Assembly: GCA_977017575.1 (NCBI GenBank)
Contig: CDRNVI010000018.1
Span: 186,001-250,000, forward strand
Length of the DNA stretch: 64,000 nt
Reading direction: 5' to 3'
Source: Paramoeba atlantica
Taxonomy: Eukaryota; Protista; Discosea
Below the pieces are notes generated by a model. That model searched no databases and had not been told where the DNA came from. It saw only the letters and a list, made by a program, of their open reading frames with translations. The number at the start of each line of letters is the position of its first letter. The first letter of the stretch is position 1. Position numbers and translations under genes: made by a program. Positions 11,882-20,959 of the stretch are shown one piece after another.

Positions 11882-12089
11882 TAAGAGTTGGGCGGAAGAC
11901 GTGTTTCCACCAGCAGGTTCGGAATACCCTGAGGAAGAGTTCAGGAAGATAAAGGAAAAGTATTGTGTGAAAGTAAAATAGTAGGCACTACTAAACTCTG
12001 AACTGGAAGGCGAGGGAGTATAAGTTCGGGGGGAAAACATTTAACATTCTAACCGACATATGTCGGTCTTTTGGATTGGATTGGATTGG

Positions 12090-13528
12090 ATTGCGGGGGG
12101 GCATTCGAAAACTCGGTTGAGTTTCCTACAATCGCAGATTAGACGAAGTGTGGAGTCTTTCTTCGGAACTGTAAAGGTACGATGTACTACTATCGGTCCT
12201 TCGGTCTTCTCTACAACCCCCATGCGTAATAAGTCTGGTAAATGATGTCTCATAAATCGAGACACTGGTCGATTGCCTTTAGGTGCACGCAGCATGTGCG
12301 CGTGAAAGGCGTTGACGTTCTGTAGTAGATGTAAAAAGTCTAGGCTGCCATCGTCATTCATATTGTTCAGTATAGAATATGACAGTCTTGTGGTTGTGAT
12401 AGGAGCAATTATTCCCTGATTTTTGTACGCTCGCACGCTCGGTGGTCGGGTGAGCTTCCCGCGAGACATAGACTGATTGTTTGTGTCTTCAATTTTCTTC
12501 GTTGCAATGTTAGCAATGTCCGTTGAATTATGCACGTAGATAGGTTCGGGATTCGGTTCGCCTATAATGTTATCGCTGTCTAGCGTGATCTTACCGATGT
12601 GCAAGGGGAACCTACCTTGTAATTGACGTTTTAGTATGTAAACAGCTGATTTAGTTTTCTTGTCATGTCCTTTGGTGTTTTCTGGGTTCACAGTAATTTT
12701 GTCGCGTCCTGTAGCCCTAGGGACAAGGCCACTTCCAGTCGAGGGAGATATATCCACAATGTCTCCAGATCTTTGTGCTTGGCCAACAGCTGTATTACCG
12801 ACAGTGGAACTCCCTTTCTGAGGAGTGATACTAGAGCCCCTCTTTTTACAGAATGTGCCGACAACTCTGCTTTCACCCGCTTCAGCACGGCATTGGCTCT
12901 CAGCGTCGTTAAAGTCGTGAACTTGTCTTCTGGCTTCAGCTTGTCCAATTGGTCCATGAAGATTTTCCACTCCGTCAAGTTGCAAGTCATTGGAATAGCA
13001 GTCCCTACTCTGAAGGGATCCCCTTTGTGAGTCGGAAACGTTACTCCCAGTATTCTCCGCTCGAGATCTACCACTTGTAAATCTAATTTCCTCAGATGTT
13101 TGACATCGTCTATTCTGCTGCATGTTTTCCACGCCAAGGTCAGGCCCGCGGCTTCGCCCGGAAGCAGCCATTCGCACGCCTCCAATACTTGTTCGCGTGT
13201 AGCCGGGGGCGCCTGATGCTCCGGTATTTGAGCCCCTTGACGCTGAAGGGATCGCATGTAGGCTGTTACTGTCGACTTTTGCAATTGACCCCCAGATCGG
13301 AATATGATTTGTATCAGACTCTTTGCATACGTATGTGCGGTTTGGATGCTGATGGTACCCCGTTGAGTTTGCGGATTGATTAGTCTCATTTTCGACTCCA
13401 AGAAGCATATTATGCACCAATCTTCGCTTGCAACGTCGTTTCCGAGATTTTCCTTCCAAACTGTATACTGTTTGTACACGCTGGAAAGGTGATTCCAGGG
13501 CGAGTTGGATTTCTCTTCTAATAGACAA
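12090..13528 (-). pseudogene. RT ORF of element A, overlapping YR and cut by the insertion at 12090
   Basis: DLLRMGVVE, TFTVPKKDSTLRLICDCRKLN is an LTR/DIRS-type RT N-terminus. After FECPPA the frame runs into the (TTGGA)n tail. Confidence 0.88.
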
Positions 13529-13836
13529 TCCTGGCCTAGAACGATCATTTGTTGAACGTCGACTGTAGGAATCGCGGCTCTTGTTTCTCTGTTGCCTTCC
13601 ACGCGGTCGAGGAAGAGGTCTTCGATCTCCAGTAAGTTCTTTGCTCTTGATCTTGTTACTATCCCTGTAACAGCCCTGTTGCTCGTGGAAGGTTGCTTGT
13701 ACTGAGTACTTCGGACATGACTGGTAGTGCCGGCGCCGGTTGTGGTTTCCGTTTGATTTCCGTATGTTTCGTTTCCCTCTTCTTGAAATTGATTTTTTAT
13801 GCCCCTTAATAAATATATTTCCAGAATATTCTTCAC
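12688..13836 (-). CDS. Tyrosine recombinase of element A (frame open back to the gag stop at 13933)
   Basis: Catalytic-type motifs WKTCSRIDD (R), AHSVKRGA (H-x-x-R region) and AKHKDLETLWIY (H...Y). Confidence 0.9.
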   Translation of the reverse strand: MKNILEIYLLRGIKNQFQEEGNETYGNQTETTTGAGTTSHVRSTQYKQPSTSNRAVTGIVTRSRAKNLLEIEDLFLDRVEGNRETRAAIPTVDVQQMIVLGQDCLLEEKSNSPWNHLSSVYKQYTVWKENLGNDVASEDWCIICFLESKMRLINPQTQRGTISIQTAHTYAKSLIQIIFRSGGQLQKSTVTAYMRSLQRQGAQIPEHQAPPATREQVLEACEWLLPGEAAGLTLAWKTCSRIDDVKHLRKLDLQVVDLERRILGVTFPTHKGDPFRVGTAIPMTCNLTEWKIFMDQLDKLKPEDKFTTLTTLRANAVLKRVKAELSAHSVKRGALVSLLRKGVPLSVIQLLAKHKDLETLWIYLPRLEVALSLGLQDATKLL

Positions 13837-13932
13837 TGTAAAGATTATTGCCCCTAATGTCGATAGTTCTATTATATTGCCCCTTATATAATCTATTGTT
13901 TCTTGGACTAAATTTCTGTTGAATTCTTCGAG

Positions 13933-14688
13933 TCAGAATTTTTTCCCTTGCGGTTTTGTCATCGGGCCCGCGTTTCGCCCTGTTCGGTCGTTTTTTGTAT
14001 CCATGGCTTTGATCATTGCAGGTAGAATTTTTCCCCGCAGTCCCCCGGTCGTTTTTGCTTCTTCAAGAACCTGTGCGAAGACGCGGCAGTCCCCATGTTG
14101 AACGCGAACTTTGTAAGCAACCAACGCCGCCAATATGTTGTCCCCGACCGCCATGTTCCCGTCTGATTTCCATACAAGTCCCATTTTCATTGAGTTTCGC
14201 ACCCAAGCCAAAAATGCTAGCAACAAATCGTTCTTCCGATGCTCGTCTTGGTGATAGCGTGGGGCATTGCGTTCGGCAGCTCCAATACCAAAGTAGCGAC
14301 GCAAATGAGCGTCCAATTCCACAAAACTACGATCTCGCGTCTCCGAGGGTGCCTCGATGAACATCGCGTACGTAGATAATTCAAGCGGTTCGAACGTTCC
14401 AGTCTCTCGGCCTTCAACACGCTCCATCGCAGCGGAGTAAGGGTCAGTGGCGAGTTTCTCCACCCCATGTAATCGAGCATTCGTCGGAGGAAACGTAAGC
14501 TCGCCAAATTTCGCATAGTCCACCAACATGGTTGTTTTCTCTTCGCCAATCTTCTTCACCACTCCCTTCCACATTTCTCCACGTGGCACTTTGTCTGAGG
14601 ACCATAAAACCGCGATAGTGTCGCCAACCTGACTCTCGGCCACAAACCGTCCAATGCGAGAGTCAGATAGTGGGGGGAGGTCATTCAT
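13933..14688 (-). CDS. Gag-like ORF1 of YR element A
   Basis: First ORF of the element, with N-terminal beta-barrel-like motif (IAVLW..WKGVV..VDY..FPP). No CCHC knuckle seen. Confidence 0.65.
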   Translation of the reverse strand: MNDLPPLSDSRIGRFVAESQVGDTIAVLWSSDKVPRGEMWKGVVKKIGEEKTTMLVDYAKFGELTFPPTNARLHGVEKLATDPYSAAMERVEGRETGTFEPLELSTYAMFIEAPSETRDRSFVELDAHLRRYFGIGAAERNAPRYHQDEHRKNDLLLAFLAWVRNSMKMGLVWKSDGNMAVGDNILAALVAYKVRVQHGDCRVFAQVLEEAKTTGGLRGKILPAMIKAMDTKNDRTGRNAGPMTKPQGKKF

Positions 14689-14963
14689 GGTGCGTTTTTT
14701 TTGCTTTGAAAATACGGCTAGGATTACAATGAGCTACACATAATTATCCATCGTTTACTTCCATACATGTATGAATACGGTGCATTAAAACGATTTCACA
14801 TTTTTACATGTATTACTCAAAGAGTTCCTGCAATACTAAATATTATAAATAAATGTTATAAATAAAATAATACGGGCATTTTCTAAAATTTTCATCATGG
14901 GCTGAAAAAGGACTACATGTTTTCGTACGTCCCACTTGGGGATTAGCATCCCACACGGAAACA

Positions 14964-15473
14964 ATGGGGCTGAATAATGTATCACTCTTACTGTTATCTA
15001 AAAGCATCAATGTACGACATAAATTCCATCTTCGTGTGCACACGCCAGACGCGACAGAAGCGCTATGTAAGCAATTTGAAGAGAAAGTTGAAGCAGTGCT
15101 GCAAACTTGGCTTGGAAAGCTATCCGAAAAACATTTATCATGGTGTCGCCTTCCGGTGAAACAGGGGGGTCTAGGGCTTGTTTCGTCCAACGAAATACGG
15201 ACATCATCCTACATCGCTTCAAAACGCGTCTCTCTAGAGCATCTGAAAACCAATTCAGCTCGGGTGACGGGTGTGGAAGTGTGCAAGGTTGGTGAGGCAA
15301 GCGCATCTATAGAAGTGACGGAGGCCGTGGCTAACCAGCGCGCGCACAAAGAGTTGTTGAAAGACAAGGACCTCTCACCACTAGTTCAAGTCTGCAGCGA
15401 AAAGGGCAATAATGACTGGCTCCAAGCGAAGTCAAGATACATCCCATCCCCACAGTTCACGTTTCGATTTTGA
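14964..15473 (+). pseudogene. CRE-like family 2 fragment (post-RT region)
   Basis: MGLNNVSLLLLS..NVRH..RVH..RLPVKQGGLGL..KGNNDWL aligns by eye to 57748-60168 and 48326-50550. Confidence 0.85.
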
Positions 15474-16159
15474 TTTTTTTAGGCATTATATCTCCGAGGA
15501 GATGTTACCTCCCTAGAACAAGCCCCCCCTTATCGCTTGCTAGGAGCTGTGCCACGCAGCACGCAAGTCAAATCCGAAGATTTCACCATATCGAGCGCGA
15601 GCAGCCAGCTTATCTTTTTTTTTTAACCCCTTTCATATACTACAAGATCTTCTTTATGAAAAAAACACTTCTTTTGAAGTGAAAAAACACAACACACTCC
15701 AAAGATTATGCTGAATGACACCCACCCTAGTTCCTTAGTACCTTGTTATATCCGGTACCGGGCGATGTCATTCTCACGCTGCGATGTCTGGGTGACCGTT
15801 ACCCTAGTTATTTTGTGCCTTGTTTTGCTGGCACCGGGTAGTGTCATCCGCGGGGCCTTGATCGTACCCACCCTAGGTATGTAGCGTCTTGTTGTGCGAC
15901 GCTGGGTGAGTTATCTAGGGAAGCTGGGGTCGCTACGCCCCATCATCCGACAAAAGTCGAATGCCCTGACAGTTCACGTTGATGATCATGGCTCGCCTAG
16001 GGTTTTTTTTCTTACAATAAGGAAAGGTCTTAGTGTTCAAGTCCTCCGAGCCACTGAATTGGTGGAAAGTATTGTCGGAGTTGCGTGGCAATTGTGTACG
16101 CGTTCATCTTCTCTATTTCAAGTTGGAATGCTTCTTTGACATCCTTCACGTTTTGTTGT

Positions 16160-16790
16160 CCCCTCTTTCACGCCCTGGGCTTTCCGTCTGCCCCGTATCA
16201 TTGCTATCATCCTTTCCATTCGCAATTTCCGTGCTGCCGTTTGTTGAACTCTCGGAAGTCGAGGAATCAGATGGCGTATCGAGCGCTAGGGGGGTCGGTG
16301 CAATGTCATGGTGTTCCGATGCTTTTTCAGAATTGAATATGGCTTCGGACATGACATTCGTCGCTGAGAGGGAAGGACGAAGTGGGGGAATACGATGCAG
16401 GGGTTAGGCGGAGGTGGCGGAGTGGCAAGAATTCAAAGTTTGAAGCACATGGTGCTCAGACGGCGAGTTCAAAACCGCTCATCGCAATATTCCTGGCGGC
16501 CTCACTCTAAAAGGCTGGGCTGATAACCGACTAGGCCCAGTACTCGGAGGACCGTCCCGGACCCTCCCCTCAGGGAACCAGCTCCCTTACCCGACCTACA
16601 CCTCTTGCGTAAGCCGTGTTGACGTACAATTCGTCGACGCAGCGTGTTGGCAACAGCACGTTGGTGCCGCCTTGGACAAGCGGAAACTGGTAGAGGACGT
16701 CGGCCTCGGAACTTCCAAATCTGTCTGTGAAGGGTCTGGCTTGCCAGTGACCATCCGGAGCAATCCGGAATGATTTGGATTTGGATTTGG
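16160..16790 (+). mobile_element. Short insertion with (GATTTG)3 tail and 12-bp TSD (truncated LINE or SINE-like)
   Basis: ACGTTTTGTTGT occurs at 16148-16159 and 16791-16802. The tail is at 16772-16789 and the 3' half is GC-rich with hairpins. Confidence 0.6.
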
Positions 16791-16873
16791 ACGTTTTGTT
16801 GTGACCGTTGAATTAAAAAATCCTTTTATGAATAAAATATCTTTTCGTAAACTTTTATAGTTTTTTTTTTTTT

Positions 16874-17538
16874 GGGTTGGCCTATGGTTGGCTCACAGCG
16901 AGATGCCCAATACAATACTGTGCCCCGGATGCAAAATGATACTCGAAGCGAAAAATGCGTTACCACACTTCCTGGGATGTGTGAAATGTTTCGGCTCAAA
17001 TGCTACTACACGGCACAATGCCTTAGTTCGACACATATACGATCTGTGCCTGAAAGCTGGTCTCCCGTGCGAGCGAGAGCCTCGGCAGTTCTCGACATTT
17101 CGTTGTGTGAAGTGTGCAGAAACGGTGGCTGATGGCCAAAAACTACATCATCAGAGGAAATGTGGCACACATTCGTTTCACCGCAGTGGACCTGACTTAG
17201 TTGTGTTCTGGGCGACAGGCGAAGTTTATTACGATCTCACAGTAGTCAACGAACTTGCGAAATGACACTTGGGAAAAAAATCGAGTCACCTATTACAAGA
17301 GGCTCAAAAAAAGAAAGTCGCAACATATGTGGACTCCAATTTAATTCCGCGCGAGCAATTCGTATGCCTACCGCTTTTGACAGGTGGTGCCATGAACAAG
17401 AGCACTATAAATTTCCACCATAGCCTCGCGGATGCAAACGGATTCGAACGCCGTCATATTCTTGAGGACTTCAAGTTGCTTCTTCAAGAATTGAACGGAG
17501 CTCTTCTGGCTTCGCAACTGCGAAAGACAATGCAATAA
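16874..17538 (+). pseudogene. CRE-like family 2 RLE 3' fragment with premature TGA
   Basis: CPGC..H..C..C, RHN, CEREP, RSGPDL, YYDLTV motifs. An in-frame TGA at 17263-17265 precedes continuation in the same frame. Confidence 0.88.
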
Positions 17539-17681
17539 AACAGGTCATCTCATATTACAAGATGTTATTATTACAAGATTTTATCATTACAAAGATCACT
17601 ATCAGATTACAACCAAACATTAAATGATTGAGATACAGTTTATTTCTGTTATATCGCTCGCGTAGCTTATGGACTATTATT

Positions 17682-18180
17682 ATTAGTTTACGTGATGAAA
17701 TTTAGACGAGTATATTATAAGAGTTTAAAAAAAAAAAAAAAATATTTGCATCGAGTTGACGACGCTATAGGAGTGAAAAGAGATTTAAGCTGTGGATTCT
17801 ATCAAGTACCACTTCCTCTAGCTGCGCGTTGTAAATTTCGCTTTTCATCAAAAGGCCGTACTTATGAAATGAACGTTCTTCCGATGGGACATAGGTGTGC
17901 CCCAGAAATCATGCATACGATCACTTCCGCCCTTGGGGGACTTATCGCAGTGTGTAGCGCTAAATCTGCTTTTACACTAGGAGCTATGGATGTGTACGTT
18001 GATGGAGTTCGGTTTTCGGGAACTGTGGAACAAGCGCAGGAGTACGCACGCTTTGTGGATAAACGGTGCGATGAGATGGGAGGAAAATTCAAGGAGAAAG
18101 GTCATGAGCCGACACAGCACTATGTATTTAATGGAGTTCATTACGATCACGTCAATCACAAGGTCAGCCTGGGACCTGGA
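17682..18180 (+). pseudogene. YR-element relic D: left terminus, A-run, then internal RT fragment
   Basis: ATTAGTTTACG..GAAATTTAG matches the left ends at 20764, 49870 and 50551. RT motifs KRDLSCGFYQV, LPMGHRCAPE, YVDG. Confidence 0.8.
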
Positions 18181-19070
18181 GCAATGCAGGTGTTCGTCAA
18201 GGCTCCCCACTGTCGACGGTTTTCTTTTGCTGCTTTCTGCAACCCATGTTGGAGACCATAGCGCAGGAATTTCCAAACGTCAAAGTTCTAGCTTACGTCG
18301 ACGACGTCATCCTCACTTCTCCTAGTGGAAAAGAGGTCGAGGCGGCATACCACCGGTTACAAACCCTGCTTCTCACTAAAGGAATTCAACTCAATAACGA
18401 AAAATGCATCTGGTTTGAAGGGAAAAGCGACGCCCCCATTCCATCAACACTCAAAGAAGAAGGTGTGCGTACAGAGAGCGAAGTCATTAAAGTACTGGGT
18501 GCATTCGTTGGGGAGGAACAGCGCATAGGATCCGAATTAATCCGAACGCTGGAAAAACACCATACGATATTCAGACGTCTTAAAATGATGGGTGCCAACA
18601 ACGCGTCCCTGCTTTTGCTATCGCTCAGCGTAAACGTTCGGCACCGTTATCACGTACGGGTACATAAACCAGAGGCCTCACTTGAGCTAGCGCAAAAATT
18701 TGACCACGAGATCAAGAATGTCGTCACATCGTGGTTGGGACCTCTGAGTCCAGAGCAAGAAATGATAGCAAGACTACCTTTAAAGAAAGGTGGATTGGGT
18801 ATTCCAGCAACAGAACCCTTGCGGAACGCTGCGTACACTTCATCGCGACATGCCGTTTTTGAGCATCAAAAATCCTTTTCAGCTCGGATGGCACAGCGCA
18901 TGGAACCGCCAGCACCTGCAGGGACGTTGGAGGAATCACATAAGACACCTGAGGACGAGGTGGTGACGGAGACCAAAAGAGCCACAGAAATCCAGACAAA
19001 TCTTCTCAAAAACAAGGAGTGGGCTCCGACGATTAAAGCTTGCAGCAAGAAAGGGAGCTATGAATGGCTT
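18181..19070 (+). pseudogene. CRE-like family 2 RT fragment, part 1 of a twice-interrupted copy
   Basis: GVRQGSPLSTVFF..AYVDD..RLPLKKGGLG..KGSYEWL. It resumes in frame at 20607. Confidence 0.9.
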
Positions 19071-20606
19071 GATGATGATGATTCTTGCACCCTTTTGGCC
19101 TTAACAGGCTATGGGCCCTCTACCGTCCACGCGAGGGGGCCCGACGGCTCGGATGGTACTCCGATGCGTACGACCGGTCCTTGCGGACCGGCGGGCGAGC
19201 CAGCCGTAGCAAGCCACGGCTGGCACTTCACAGTGGACGGGAGTCGGAGACGCAGCGTGGCTAGGCCACACACTGACCAGCGGTCCCTACGAGAGGGGCA
19301 ACCAATCCTCCGCGCGCCTTCAAAGAAGGTGGGTAAAAGATCATTTTTTCAACATTTAACGTAATGCTTTCCTCTGTTTTGCGCTTCCTTTCTCATCTTC
19401 TTTGTATCTCTCTATCGCTTCAGACCAGGTGGATTTGTTTTGGGCTGCATACTTCCATGTCAGCATGGGAATACCAACTCGATCGCAAGCAGTTTCAACC
19501 GTCTGTGCATATACGGATTTGCGAAGAGACGTTTCTTGGCCTGTAAAAGTGCCGAATAATATTTTGTTCGGGTGTCGAGTTGCATCCATCCGTGCTACAT
19601 GTCCGGCGAAACTAAGTACTCTAACCGTGGTAAGTGAGTGGAAAGGCTCCATATCGAGTTGTTTCAGCATTTCCGAGTTACTGATCCGTTTCCATGCGGG
19701 AGTGTTGCTATCTCCCATGAGAGCGGAGGCCATTGGTATGTTAATTGCTCGTCGGATCATTCTAATATATTGAACGTTTAACCTTGCGTGCAATGTATTA
19801 GTTAAGCCCCAAGAAGCACTTCCGTATAATAGCCTGGGAAGAATGCAAGTCTTAAATATAACCGACTTTCGGTGTCTGGTAATGGATTTATTTTCCCAGA
19901 TTGGTTCTAATTCTTGTAACTTGTGATGCGCCGATTTTATGCGAAAATCTAATTCCGGTTCTAGCGAGGCATTTTCATCAATTACGGTTCCCAAATACGT
20001 GAACTGTTTGACTTGCTCGATTTTGATTCCGTTTAGATAGATCTCTGCCGAAAGATATGCCTTGGACTTCTTTGGTTGTATCACCTGCAATTTTGTTTTA
20101 GATACATTTATTCTAAGCCCCCAGTTTTCCAAAGTCTTCATAAGTATATTGGCACCCTTTTCCAATTCTCCAATGTCGTGGCTCCATTGGGCTATATCGT
20201 CTGCATAAGCGGATAGTCCAATGTGGTCTTCACCTTGCACACGATGGCCTCTGCACGATCTGCCTCTAGGTATTCTCCAAGATATCTTAACTCCAGGAGA
20301 TGCATTACGTAACGCCGCTCGGAGAATACAGTCGAGCACTCCATTGAATAGTACACAGCTTAGTGCACATCCTTGTTTAACCCCATTCTGTATTTCGAAG
20401 CCAGCGCTAGTGGAGCCATCCGTTGCCTTAACTGCAGCCATCGTTCCATCATATAGTGCTTTAATTAATTCAACAAGGCTTCCGCTAATTCCCATCTTTG
20501 CAAGCACTTCCCACAGTACAGCCCTTGGAATGCTGTCGTAAGCCTTAGTTAGATCAATATATAAAATGTAGAGCGGTGTGCTCAATCTTCGCGCCTCTTC
20601 TGTTAT
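19071..20606 (-). mobile_element. 5'-truncated RTE-like LINE (RT C-terminal half, CDS about 19356-20606) with (ATC)n tail and 10-bp TSD
   Basis: YIDLTKAYDS, GVKQGCALSCVLF, YADD, FTYLG. TGAATGGCTT occurs at 19061-19070 and 20607-20616. The host frame rejoins as KGSYEWL|IGNRKII. Confidence 0.92.
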
Positions 20607-20763
20607 TGAATGGCTTATCGGGAATCGCAAAATCATTCCTTCGCACATCTACACGCTAAGCATCATGTCACGACTAAAAATAAGCCACCCACAACTGCCA
20701 AACTCGTTGCTATGCCCGGGATGCAAAAAGCTGCTAAGCTCCTCGGAAGCGCTAACCCACATT
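20607..20763 (+). pseudogene. CRE-like family 2 fragment, part 2
   Basis: EWLIGNRKIIPSHIYTL..LCPGCKKLLSSSEALTHI, then interrupted by YR element B. Confidence 0.85.
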
Positions 20764-20959
20764 AGAAGTCTACGCATGGAAATTTAACCGAGGGGCTAAT
20801 ATCGGGTCAAATGCCCCGGAAGGGGGTTATAATTTTCATTGTTCTTTTCCCCGAAAGGGGGTTGTAATTGAATCATGTATAAAAGCTACAATATGTATTC
20901 TGAAAATTTACATATTTACTGATTACTTACTTGTAGAATCTTTTTCCTTTACGCGTTTT

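Larger units (their letters stand above)
34..12105 (+). mobile_element. RTE-like non-LTR retrotransposon plus 5' 17-mer array, bounded by a 16-bp TSD
   Basis: ATTGCGGGGGGGCATT occurs at 34-49 and 12090-12105. The 3' tail (TTGGA)4 is at 12071-12090. The single long ORF is 7802-11881. Confidence 0.88.
12090..14700 (-). mobile_element. Tyrosine-recombinase retrotransposon A (DIRS superfamily, TATE/VIPER-like), interrupted in RT by the LINE composite
   Basis: Gag-like ORF, YR ORF and overlapping RT frame. The 5' terminus was not precisely located. Confidence 0.85.

Noticed and set aside
12688-13836. Prokaryotic integrase, prophage or RT-based defence system
   Set aside because: The gag-CCHC/YR/RT-RH layout, poly(A) tails, SL sequences and CRE/RTE neighbours indicate eukaryotic retrotransposons.
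13933-13935. Stop-codon reassignment (Blastocrithidia-type code) explaining in-frame stops
   Set aside because: Long ORFs end normally in TAA, TAG and TGA, and internal stops are rare and position-specific or private mutations.
15738-15747. GTACCTTGTT as an SL remnant
   Set aside because: Only 10 nt, lacking the terminal G, with no recognisable element ORF downstream.
15750-16030. Possible hammerhead or HDV-like ribozyme in a hairpin-rich stretch
   Set aside because: I could not assemble the conserved catalytic cores by eye; an Infernal/RNAMotif search would be needed.
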